From Marsupella aquatica (Eukaryota; Plantae; Marchantiophyta), in NCBI GenBank assembly GCA_973895155.1, contig OZ316894.1, positions 3,558,944 through 3,622,943 on the forward strand: a DNA stretch of 64,000 bases. Direction: 5' to 3'. The notes beneath the pieces are model-generated. The model did not search any database, was not told the origin of the DNA, and saw nothing but the letters and a program-made list of their open reading frames with translations. A program made the position numbers and the translations under genes. Shown piece after piece: positions 12,933 through 24,756 of the stretch. Position 1 is the first letter of the stretch. Each line of letters starts with the position of its first letter.

Positions 12933-13317
12933 TGTTGGGTATTTACTCTTACGTCTAGGTTAGGTATGACGTGGTTGATACAACAACGTGGGTTGGTACA
13001 ACTACGTGGTTAGGTACAACTATGTGATTAGGTACAACTATGTGGTTAGGTACAACTACGTTGCACACTATATCATAAGAGGCATGTGTGCTTGGAGAGG
13101 TAAAACCAAGGCTCATTGTTATGGAGCCACTTGAGAGATAGGGAGAGCTTACACTGTGGAGACTCGGTATAGCCGACGGGCTTAGAGTTCAGTAAAACTC
13201 TCTTGTGTGTTCCTGTGGACGTAGCCTCAAGGAGGTGAACCACGTATCTCTTGTGTCGACTATTGTGCGTTGGATGGTTCATGGGCTTGCCGTTGCGATC
13301 GTCGTCTATGCTCAACA
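12933..13317 (+). repeat. 5' LTR
   Basis: TGTTGGG...CTCAACA. About 4 transitions versus the 3' LTR. Contains several 18-bp tandem units GGTTAGGTACAACTAYGT. Confidence 0.97.
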
Positions 13318-13319
13318 AT

Positions 13320-13331
13320 TGGTATCAGAGC
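13320..13331 (+). other. Primer-binding site (initiator tRNA-Met)
   Basis: TGGTATCAGAGC located 2 nt after the 5' LTR. Confidence 0.95.
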
Positions 13332-14469
13332 ATGCTTGGGAGGTGACGTGTGTTCGTGACGGGATTTCATGACGGTTTTTCCAGCGTTGAGTGTCGGTGG
13401 ATTTCCCAGAGTTCCGTCGCATGGAACTTGGAGTTTATGGGCTCAACGGATAGATCAGGGCAAGAGCTTTCTAACGGTGTGAAGAAATCGTTGAACGGAG
13501 CTCGTGGTGCAGAGAGATCTAAGTTTTCGTCGTTCTGGATTTTGTGAAGAAAGTTGGCAATCGACTCGGAGGGAGAAGCGTCAAGTGTTTTGACTCAACG
13601 GAGAGATTGAGGCAAGACGATTGTTTTGAGTCCGGGATTGGCTCTTTGATGCAAAGAGGAAGGCTAAGCAAAATCAATTACCTTGTTGGACTTGGTGACG
13701 GCACCAAGTGCAATTGATCAACATTCGCTGTTGACAAGGTACCATTTTTTTCTCTTTGAAAAACTGATTCGAAATTGGCTATGGCAATTGAGAGAAATCT
13801 GTCATCTTTACCAATTTTTTTCTCCCTCGTTCTTTCCTCGTTTTGGGTGCTTCTTATATCGATCTTCACCGCCTCGGAGTCTAGTTTCCAAATCTGAAAT
13901 CAGATCTTGATTTCGTCAAAACCCGAGTGAGATATCTTGCGTTTGGTGTCGAGGGGTACATTATGCCATGTGTATTTTCTGCGCGCGCGACCAATTTTGA
14001 CGACGAAGGGTGGTAGGGGGTTTTGGGGGTTCGAGGACACGTGTCAGCCCCTCGATTGTTCTTCCAAAATTCCCACAGGGCCTGTACAAGGGTCATAGAA
14101 TATTCCGAAAAACCAGAGAGCTATTTTTTGACCGTCCGACAAAGATTTCATCCGCCGAACGGTAACTTTTTTGGTTATTTTTCGGCGAGGTCGTAGCCAT
14201 TGAAGTTGGCAACGCGGCGCACCAATCACATCGCAATTTCGACAATGGGTTGTACTTGGTATTTCGGTTATTCCCTGAGGTGGTCAAAACGGGGAGTTTC
14301 CCAAGGTTTTACCCACCTCGACCAAAATTTGAATAACTTTTCCGTCAAATTTTGATTTTGATTTCGGTTTTCAGTATTGGACTCCTAGCTTTGTGGGCTA
14401 CGCGGCGGTGTTGAGTTTCGAGTTTTTTGAGAAGTTGTGAAAAAACAACATTTTTTATGATTTTCTCAT

Positions 14470-17400
14470 ATGAGTGATTCGGAGGAGTTTTTCGAAGACG
14501 TGGAACTTGAAGCACGAGGATCACCGCGGAGGTTTCAGGGGCAGAGAGAGGAGCAGGAGAAAGAGCACATGACACCGATACCATCACCGGTGCGGCGTGT
14601 GGTGGAGGAAGCAGTACTACTACCGGAGCTCACGGTAGTGCCAAAGAAGAAGATGGGGACTTTCAAGCTTGGGGGACCCAAGTATGAAGTGACAAAGTAT
14701 GATGGGCGCTCTGACTACTTGCTATGGGAGAAGCAGGTGAAGGGAGTGCTCTATGCGTCAGGGATGGGCCAACTGCTGAGCCCTCGTGAAGACGATGTTG
14801 ATGAGAAATAATGGGACCGCATGCAGGAGCAGGGAGTGTGGTATGTTACACTCTATCTCATGCCTCCCATCATCAAGCAGTTGGGTGCACATAAGGATTG
14901 CATGTCCTTGTTTGCGGAATTGCAGAGCAAGTATCACCGCAAGGAGTTGTCGAACCGGCTCTACACTTCCTACAAACTGATGAGTTTCAGGATGAAGGAA
15001 TCCGGTACGAAGTTGCAAGATCATGTGGATGCTTTCAACGACATGGTCATTGACTTGGAAAACCTTGGGGAGACTTTGAATGATGAGACGAAGGCTCTGC
15101 AGCTTCTTAGTTCATTGCCTCCATCTTACCAGTCCCTATCACGAGTGTTGTTGCATCGTGATAGGGATACCATTTCATACAATGACGTGGTAAGTTCTCT
15201 ACTTAGTGATGATCTTCAGCAGAAGATGCACATCACGTCACAACCTTCATCATCTGGTGCTGCCCTCAATGTTAACCGTGGGAGGAGTATGCAGCGACCA
15301 ACTGGGGACTGTAGAACCCAGTTTAGATCTAAATCCAGATCTAAGTCCAAGGGTAAATTCCCTCAGAGGAGGCAGGTGACATGTTGGAAGTGCAACCAAG
15401 TTGGACACTTCAAGCGAGACTGTAAGGGAAAGGCAGCGGAAACTTCATCGGCAAATATGGCTAGGGCTGATGGAGAAGCTGATTTACTCAATGATGAGTA
15501 TGTTTTATGAAGCCGGGGGTATACCCTGTGCACGTCATCTAGGAGAGCAGATGATGTGTGGATTCTTGATTGTGCTTGCTCTTTTCATATTTGTTACATT
15601 CGTGAGTTTTTCAGTTCTTACTCTGTTTCAAACGGTTCAGTTCTGATGGGAAATGATCACTCCTGTCAAATTGAGGGAATTGGGTCTGTGAAGATTCAAA
15701 TGTTTGATGGCGCTGTGTGCACAGTGTCCGGAGTCAGGTATGTACTTGGCATGCGTAAGAATCTGATTTCACTCGGTGTGTTGGATTCAAATGGTCATCA
15801 ATGGAGCGTTATTGATGGTGAACTTCAAGTCAGGTTGGGAGAGACTGATTTTGAAGGGGAGTAGACAAAAGAATTTGTATGTGTTACAGGGCAATACTGT
15901 ATGTGGAGAGGCCAATGTAACCAAGTCTCACGAGGAGATGACTCAATTGTGGCATTCACGGCTAGGCCACATGAGTGAGAAGGGTTTGGCTATCTTACGG
16001 AAGAATGGACTCATTTCTGATTTGCAATCTTGTAAATTAGAGTTTTGTGAGCATTGCATTCTTGGAAAGCAGCATCGTCGTGCTTTTGGTGTTGGAACTC
16101 ATCGTTCCAAAGCGATTCTTGAGTACATACATAGTGACGTGTGGGGTCCATCCCCGACTCCCTCACACTCTGGAAAGTTGTACTATGTATCATTTATTGA
16201 TGATTACTCAAGATTTGTGTGAATTTATTTCATGACGCATAAGTCTGATGTCTTGTCCATTTTTAAGAAGTGGAAGGCCCAGGTGGAGAATCAGACTGGA
16301 AACACGATCAAGTGTTTGGATACAAGGGTGAAGAGTCTGAGGTCAGACAACGGCGGGGAGTACACTTCAATGGAATTTGAAGAGTACTGTTCAGAACAAG
16401 GGATAACTCGCCATTTCACCATAGTTTATACTCCGCAGCAGAATGATGTCGCTGAGAGGCTCAATCGGACACTGTTGGAGTGGTCACGGAGTATGTTGAG
16501 CCAATCAGGTTTACCACAAGAATTTTGGGCAGAAGCTGTCAATACCGCAACTTATTTGGTAAATCTTTCTCCTTCTAGTGCTATCAATTTCAAAACGCCG
16601 TTTGAGATGCGCTATAAGCGGCAAGCAGACTATCATGGCTTGGTAGTTTTTGGAAGTGATGCATATGCTCTCACACCGAAGTAGAATAGGACCAAGTTGG
16701 ATCTTACCTCCAAGAAATGTGTTTTTCTTGGGTACCAGAGTTGTGTGAAAGCCTATAGGCTATGGGATCCTATTGCCTATAAGCTCGTTGTGAGTAGGGA
16801 TGTTTCCTTCAATGAACCTAGATTATTGAAGGAGGGGGAGAATACTCAGGTCTCCTGTACTGACAAAGGAAAATCTCCTATCCCGGATCTCGTTGAGGGG
16901 GAGATTGGTTATGAGGTGCATGACCGGAGAGAAGGAGTTGCTCCAATTATGGAGTTGGTTCCTGTGCTAGAGGAACCAGAGGAGTTTGTTGATGCTGGTG
17001 AGCAGCAAGTGGATGCTGTTGAGCTTCAAATTGTACCAGCACACGCAGATCAATCGGAGTCATCGGCTAGAAGAACATCTGGTCGCACTGTACGCGCTCC
17101 ACCAAGGTATGGACAGTGGGTTGATTCATCTCAACTGCAAGAGGATGATTTTACAGCTGATGATGGGGGTGATGCATTAATTTTGGAAGAAGGGGAACCT
17201 TCTTCATTTCATGAGGCAAGTGCTTCAAAGGAGAAGCAGAAGTGGACTGCAGCAATGCAAACGGAGATGCAGTCACTAAAGGACAACAAAACTTGGGAGT
17301 TTGTTAAGCTGCCTAAGGGTCAGCAAGTGGTGGACAGCAAGTGGATTTACAAGCTGAAGGATAATTCCATAGGAGGTGGATCGAAGGTCTACAAGGCTAG

Positions 17401-18781
17401 GTTGGTAGCAAAGGGATTCACACAAGAGAAAGGTGTGGATTACAATGAGGTCTTCTCACCAGTTGCTAAGTACTTTACAATACGACTATTGTGTGTACTT
17501 GTTGTAATGTTTGGTCTGCTGCTAGATCAGATGGATGTTGTCACAGCTTTCCTCTATGGCACATTGGAAGAGGTGATCTTTATGAGACAACCGCTAGGTT
17601 TTGTGAAGAGAGGACAGGAGGAATTGGTTTGCAGATTGCTGAAATCCTTGTATGGGTTGAAGCAGTCATCAAGACAGTGGAACAAGCGGTTTGACGATTG
17701 GATTCGGTCACAAGGTTTTCACAGAAGTGTATTTGACCCTTGTGTGTATTTGAAACCGGTAAAGAATGTTGTCTTTGGATTTATTGTTTTAGTACTTTAT
17801 GTGGATGATATGCTAATTGCAGCCAAGGATAGGTCTGAGATTGTTAAGCTCAAGGCACTGCTTAGTGCAGAGTTTAAGATGAAGGACTTAGGGCCAGCTA
17901 AGAGGATTTTGGGTATGGAGATCATTAGGGACTTGGAGGCTGGCAAGCTATGGTTGACGCAGAGCAGTTATGCGAGGAAGGTAATTACAAGGTTCAACAT
18001 GGGGAATAGCAAGCCAGTAAGTACCCCATTGGCTCCACACTTCAAGTTATCATCAGCGTTCTGTCCTACGGATGACACAGAGAAGGGGTTGATGTCAAAG
18101 GTTCTGTATGACAAGGCAGTGGGGAGTCTCATGTATTTGATGACTTGCACTAGACCTGATCTTGCCATGGCTATGGGCAAGGTGAGCAGGTACATGTCGA
18201 ATCTAGGGAAGGTACACTGGGAAGCAGTGAAGTGGATTATCAGGTACTTGAAGGGTACCATGGATCATGGTCTTTTATTTGATGCGAATGCAAAGAATGC
18301 TAAATCATTGATTGGCTATGTTGATTCTGACTATGGACAAGATTTGGACCGAAGGAGATCAACAACAGGATACGTGTTCACACTTGGCGGTGGATGCATA
18401 AGTTGGAGGTCTACTTTGCAGAAGTGTATTGCTCAGTCTACTACAGAAGCGGAGTATGTTGCAGCTGCGGAAGTAGCAAAGGAAGCAATTTGGTTGGATA
18501 GACTTATCACTGAAATGGGATTGCCATAGGGGAATGTGAAGCTCCATTGTGATAGTCAAAGTGCGCTCCACCTTGCTGTGAACTAGGTGATGGATAGCAG
18601 AGTGAAGCACATTGACATCAGGTACCATTTTATCAGGCAGGCTGTGTCTGATAATTTGTTTGGGCTAGTCAAGATTGATGGTAAACTCAACCCGGCTGAC
18701 GCATTTACCAAAGTGATTCCTTTGGAGAGTTTCTCTGGACACCGTGACGTATTGCAGGTTTTGCAATTGCATCACAAGTAG
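14470..18781 (+). pseudogene. Copia gag-pol polyprotein, disrupted
   Basis: Zinc knuckle CWKCNQVGHFKRDC; protease WILDCACSFH; integrase HSRLGH..CEHC, HSDVWG, SDNGGEY, VAERLNRT; RT YVDDML; RNaseH. In-frame stops at 14809, 15508, 16220, 16682, 18527 and 18584, plus a frameshift near 15840. Confidence 0.95.
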
Positions 18782-18959
18782 AGTCTTCTTAACATTCATT
18801 GTAATTACTGATATATGCTCTTCCTCATTCCTATGTATTAGGCTACGACTTAGTTCTGGTTTGCTCTAGTTAGAAGGGAAACCGGTTTGGTTTTTGTCCA
18901 GAACTTCCCGCTGAGGGATCATATACATTGGCAGTATTACTCTCCCCTAGACCAGAGTC

Positions 18960-18970
18960 AAGGGGAAGAT
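18960..18970 (+). other. Polypurine tract
   Basis: AAGGGGAAGAT immediately before the 3' LTR. Confidence 0.9.
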
Positions 18971-19355
18971 TGTTGGGTATTTACTCTTACGTCTAGGTTA
19001 GGTATGACGTGGTTGATACAACAACGTGGGTTGGTACAACTACGTGGTTAGGTACAACTACGTGATTAGGTACAACTATGTGGTTAGGTACAACTACGTT
19101 GCACACTATATCATAAGAGGCATGTGTGCTTGGAGAGGTAAAACCAAGGCTCATTGTTATGGAGCCACTTGAGAGATAGGGAGAGCTTACACTGTGGAGA
19201 CTCGGTATAGCCGACGGGCTTAGAGTTCAGTAAAGCTCTCTTGTGTATTCCCGTGGACGTAGCCTCAAGGAGGTGAACCACGTATCTCTTGTGTCGACTA
19301 TTGTGCGTTGGATGGTTCATGGGCTTGCCGTTGCGATCGTCGTCTATGCTCAACA
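18971..19355 (+). repeat. 3' LTR
   Basis: 385 bp, ~99% identical to the 5' LTR, followed by TSD AGCAT. Confidence 0.97.
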
Positions 19356-20333
19356 AGCATATGGTGAGTCATGATCGTATCATCATGAAGGAAGACGTCA
19401 TAATTCAACACGATTTAAGTACTCTTCCTTGTTTGCTCTCAAAGAGCTTATGAGACTCCCTCTCACCAAGCTCTCATTTCCCAAATACTTGTAGTCCTGT
19501 CATAGAGCTCCCTCAGTCTTCAAGACTTGTCTGTTTCCATGACCCAATGTTGCTTATGTCCCTGATTGATTGCTGCTACTCTTGTTTAAGATTGCAGCTC
19601 TGAAAAAGAAAACCTCAAAGAATTTTTTGTGAGACAAAGCTCTATGTTTGGTCAGAATTACAAAACAGATGTTGCTTATTTACCAGCTTGAATCCTGCTA
19701 ATCATGTTCCCTGATCGCAGCTCTGGCATGGAAACCTCAAAGACTTGTTGTTAGTCAAGCTTCATCTATGATCAGCAAATCACGAAAGAAAAAAAAACTG
19801 AGAGAGACCTCACAGTCTGTAAAAAGTGTCCTCTACTCTCAGGCTTTGATCACTCCTGCGCCTTTGCAATTAGATGCTAAGAAGGATATTCACTTTTTTT
19901 TCGTTCTTGCTCGTCCGCTTTCAATGATTTCCTCCAATTCAAGAATTTCAGTATAGGTTCTGCTGCAGCTATTTTTTCTGGTCCTTTATTTTCATCTCTG
20001 TGCAGTTTGTGTTGAACAGCTCTAGGGTGCGTCACATCACATCAAAATAATCACAGAACATTACATCAAAATAATCACAAATGACATAGCCAATCACACA
20101 TGACATAGCCGACATTGAAAGTACATGATTTATGCTTGTCTTGGCTACGTCCACTTTGTGAGAGAAGATTCATAAAAAATTAGAATACAAGGTTGTACAT
20201 TTTTATACTGTGGTAGTCTTTCAAATTGGCAGGAAGTTTTGGGTAAAAAAGCAAACTGGAAAACATGGAAGGAATACATAACAAATGGAAATATATTTAG
20301 TGTGAATGTTAATGAAAGAGTGAACCCACTATT

Positions 20334-20500
20334 TTCAAAGCAAGAAGGAAAAAAGGGAGTGCTACTGCATGAGTATCATGACTTCCCTGTACCATCCATG
20401 CATATGCGGTGCTCATCTTCAAAGCAAGAAGAAAAAGGGAGTGCACTGCATGAGTATCAATTCTTCCCTGTACCGTCCATGCATATGAAGTGCTCATCCC
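20334..20500. repeat. Tandem duplication, ~84-bp unit x2
   Basis: TTCAAAGCAAGAAG..AAAAGGGAGTGC.ACTGCATGAGTATCA...TTCCCTGTACC.TCCATGCATATG..GTGCTCATC occurs twice. Confidence 0.85.
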
Positions 20501-21006
20501 TCTACCATCCATGCATAGGAAGTGCTACATACTCTATTGGGTATTGCATGATAGTCATGTGGAATAATGGCAGGAGTCTAATTGCAGGTATTACACACTG
20601 AAGAAGGTAAATGTAATCAATGAAGAAAGAGGAGATTAAAAATAGTGAAAAAGAGGGGGGGGGGAATGAGGGGGAAATGAGGGGAAAAAATGATATAAAC
20701 AAAGAAAATAACACTATTGTCACTTTATTGTACTTTGGTGGTCATTGCTTCTGCCCCACCTTGCTCTGCTCCTCCCAGTTGGCTGCCCCAGTCATCTATT
20801 AAGGGTGCTGGTTACAGACAATTCCAAACTAACTAGAGTTACTTTGCTTAACCAGGGGTGGGAAAGGTGACAACATAGTAATCTATCTAGCTGATATAGC
20901 ATGTTCATCTTGGAACATGCTTCATTTTTTTGTTGATTTTTTAGTGATATGGAGGTGAGCTAATTTTTTGTGGCAAATATAAAGAGGACATTGATTAGGA
21001 AGACGT

Positions 21007-21350
21007 TGTTAAGCATAGACGACATTCGTAACGGCAAGCCTATGAACCATCCAACGCACAATAGTTGACACAGAGAGATACGTGGTTCACCTCCACATGA
21101 GGCTACGTCCACGGGAACACACAAGAGCTTTACTGCACTCTAGGCCGACCGGCCATACCAAGCATCCACATCACAAGCTCTCCCTATCTCTCAACTAGCT
21201 CCGTAACAATGAGCCTAAGTTCCACCAGGGTCTGGCATCAGCCTTGGCTATATACACAACAACACTACCGCTAACAATAGCTAAGTCCTAATCCGAGTTA
21301 GCCTAACTGTAGTTAGTTCATGAGTCACAAGACTAGAGCAATATCTAACA
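21007..21350 (-). mobile_element. Solo LTR (344 bp) related to the copia family
   Basis: TG..CA termini and perfect TSD GACGT (21002-21006 / 21351-21355). The reverse complement matches the 3' half of the copia LTR. Confidence 0.92.
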
Positions 21351-23821
21351 GACGTACAGTCTATGATATTGAAAAGTTGTGCACATAAAATACAAGAATA
21401 AAAGTACCCATGTAAAGAAAAGTAATAATGAGTTGGAAAAGTTTAAGTCTATGGTATTGGGCTGTGCACATAATGTACACAAGTAGAGATACTTATGTAC
21501 TTACCTTAGACAATGACACTCAAATTAATTAAAACCATAAATTTAGGACACAAAACCATGAGTACAACTTAAAGACATAAGGAGTGCACCTTAATTAGTT
21601 AGATCATTTCTTCTTCACTCATGAGAATAAGGGCTAGAAATTCTATGAGCTTTGTTAAAGGGTGGATGATCTTAAATATAGTAAAGATTACAAAATTTAG
21701 AGGGGTGCCAGAATAAATTCAAAATCTAAACTATACAAGGGATGCACCTTGGTAAGACACATTGAAATAAAATACATAACAAAAGAAGTTTGAATAAAAC
21801 AAAATACTGAAAGTTGCATGCACCAAAAGCTACCACAATCAAAAGCTAGGACAAGTATCTATGGTATAAAGTGAAACATCTAGACCGTGACTCTGGGGAT
21901 ACAAGTAAGCCAAGGTTGGAAATGGCAATGCAAATGGGTAGGATGGTAATCATAATCTATTTATGAGCAAAGCTTGGGCATTCAGGCTAATTAAACTAAC
22001 AAGAGTGGCAAAATATGCAATTTGACCCTCAAAAAGTCAATTGGGGGTAATTTCAAAGCTCAAAACTTGATGTAGTTTAACTACTAGGTTACAGACCAAA
22101 AAAAGTCATAGGCCACCAAATTCATGATCCATAACGTTTTGTTGTAAAGAATGATCAGATGCCATCACCATAAGGCATTGGCGTAGTAAGTGAAGAAAAC
22201 TCTAACAATCTTTTACAAAACCCTGTGAAAAAATTACATTTTTTTATGGCCAATGGTCATCACCAGTAAGAATGAAGCTTACGGGCTACCACATTCACAA
22301 TCCATAGCTTTCTGCTCTAAGAATGATCATATGCCATAATTTGTCACTGGAGAGGCTATGTAGTGAAGAAAAATTAAGAATGTATTTTTACAAAACCTCA
22401 TGGAAAAGGTCTCAAGGGTTTCACTTTGGCAAAAAAGGGCTTTTAAATCAAATTTTGGGTCTAGTAAGAGAATCTTTTAAATCAAATTTTGAAACTAAGA
22501 AAAATAGGGTTTTAATTAAGACCACAGTTTAGAATGTTCCAAGAGCATTCCAAATAAATAGAGGTAAAGCACCTCCAACTTTCTTTTTTTAGTTTAGTTT
22601 TTAAAAATAATTTAAAACTTTGTTCCGCGTGAACCCCATGGATTGGGTTTTTTTATAGTTTTACAATGTACCCGACCTAAAAACTCCACAGGTAGTATGG
22701 GGGTTCCATATATTGAGACCCCCCAGAAACAAATCCTGGCCATTTCTTTACTGCCAATGGCCAGCAGCCTTTATTATGAAAAGGTGAAGCATTTCTTTGA
22801 GAGCCAACGGTAGTGAAGACCAGCAGGGCACAAAGCAAAACAAATCCGGGCCAAATCAGAAAATGCAGTAACAGACCACAAGGTCACCCACAAAGCACTT
22901 GGGTCCAGAATGGCCATAATCAGTAACAATAAAGTTTTGTGATCCCCTAATATTCTTTATGGCTAATAGCCATCACTTACAATGAAGCTTTGAGATGCAC
23001 TAATATTCTTTTTTAGAGGCATTAATTGTCCTATGGCCACATTTGATAATCCGGGGGTCCTCATTTCTTTCTTCTGACCCATCACGTGCAAATAAATATA
23101 TAGTTTTTGTATTGGGTTTGGTGAAAAACTTATAAATTTCTGTGGAAGAACAATTCCCTAAAGAACCTGTATTTAGTTATGTTTTAGGGTGTTTGTTCTC
23201 CCAAGACTTTGCTTGTGAGGTGGGACCCTCCTTGGAGTGAGACCCCCAAGGTAACAAGGAAGCTTTGAGACACACTAATCTATAATCAAATAATTGCAAT
23301 CAAAAGCTACTCACCAGGCCTATTTATTAGAGCCAAGGTCTATTATTCTAGAGTGAACTCTGTAGACCAGGACTCTAGGGCCCCACCAATATTTATGTGG
23401 ATGGAAAGAACTGGAATGTTATGTATATCAAAATGCATTTTGTATTAGCATTTAAGGAATGGGCAATTTTTTTGGCTCTTAAGCAAAAGACCCAAAGGAA
23501 ACCAGGCAAAAGCATGTAAATTTGTGCTCTGCAAATCTCACATTTTGGAATGTAATGACGTGTAGGGTAATGATGGTTTGGTCTGGGGTTACTAGTCCCT
23601 GTGACCAGAAAGGAGAAAATACTGACCGCAGTGGAGAAGTTTTTCCGAGCTTTGTGGGAACAAGTTTCAGACTAGAACCCCAGCCCAAATAGTCATTGTC
23701 ATTGGTAATATATGCCCAGAAATAATAGTCATTATCATACTTAATACCTGCCAAGAAAACAAGATTACTGGGTTATATTTAATACCTGCCAAGAAAAAAA
23801 GATTATTGGGTTAAGACTTGG

Positions 23822-24105
23822 ATACTCAGGTTATGAAAATGGTTAGTAGCACCTAGCAGAAAAGGTTCGATACACAGGTTATGAAAATGGTAGCACCTAG
23901 CAGAAAAGGTTCGATACACAGGTTATGAAAATGGCACCATGAAAATGGTAACACCTAGCAGAAAAGGTTCCATATACAGGTTATGAAAATGGTAACACCT
24001 AGCAGAAAAAGTTCAATACACAGGTTATGAAAATGGTAGCATCTAGCAAAAGAGGTTTAAAAACAGAGGTTATGAAAATAGTAACACCTAGCAAAAAAGG
24101 TTACA
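23822..24105. repeat. Minisatellite, ~43-bp unit x6-7
   Basis: CAGGTTATGAAAATGGTARCACCTAGCAGAAAAGGTTCRATACA repeated in tandem. A 38-bp duplication precedes it at 23741-23813. Confidence 0.92.
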
Positions 24106-24756
24106 CAATAGTAACGTTTTTTTAAGAATTACAATGATGGATAGGGCCGCCGCTCACGTGTAAGCAGGAGGGCCCCAGTGACATGTATGACAGTGGAACG
24201 AGGGCGGATAGGCCTTGTGGGACGTGGGGACAGGATTTGAAGGAGCGTTTGGAGGCTTTTTGTTTTTGCTGCTGCTGGAAAGAGTGTTTGTGGAAGGTGA
24301 GCAGCTGTGTTCTCTGATGATGGAAAGAGCATACGTGGAGGGCGACGCAGCAGCAGCAGCAGTCGAGAGACGACGAGGCAATGTGGCTCACGAATTGGGC
24401 TGACTTGATTCGTTTTGAATTGGGTTGAAAATTGTGAGAACTTTCAGTGAGAATTGCGGTTGTGGGTGGTGCAGGAAGAGGAGGGGAGAAGGAAGGAGGC
24501 ACATTTTGCAAGCTGGGTGGTGTCAAGAGGAGCGGGATGAGAATTGTGTGGAAGAGATTCCTGGATTGGAGCTTGTTGAGATAGATAGTAATGAGTGCAG
24601 ATTCTGTAGATTCTGTTCTTCAGATTCAGGTGCTGGGAGGGGAGGGGATGGGGAAGGATTTTTTTGCGTCTGCTGAGTAAATTGAGTTTGTGCAACAACG
24701 AGAACAACAACAACAACGGTGGGGTAGGAGTGTTATCTTTTGCTTTCCAGCAAGCA

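Larger units (their letters stand above)
12933..19355 (+). mobile_element. Full-length Ty1/copia LTR retrotransposon (tentatively Tork/Tnt1-like), coding region decayed
   Basis: 385-bp LTRs at 12933-13317 and 18971-19355 with TG..CA ends, perfect 5-bp TSD AGCAT, PBS and PPT, and domain order gag-PR-INT-RT-RNaseH. Confidence 0.97.
12654..19410 (+). mobile_element. Older solo LTR (12654-12927 + 19361-19410), interrupted by the full-length copia
   Basis: TG...CA termini (TGTTAAG / TTCAACA) and a 4/5 TSD CGGTT/CGATT. Shares GTGGACGTAGC...GAGGTGAACCA.GTAT...TTGTGTCGA with the copia LTR. Confidence 0.8.

Noticed and set aside
13073-13318. 81-aa ORF duplicated at 19111-19356
   Set aside because: Antisense reading of the LTRs; the duplication simply reflects LTR identity.
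23822-24105. CRISPR array
   Set aside because: Contiguous tandem units with no spacers.
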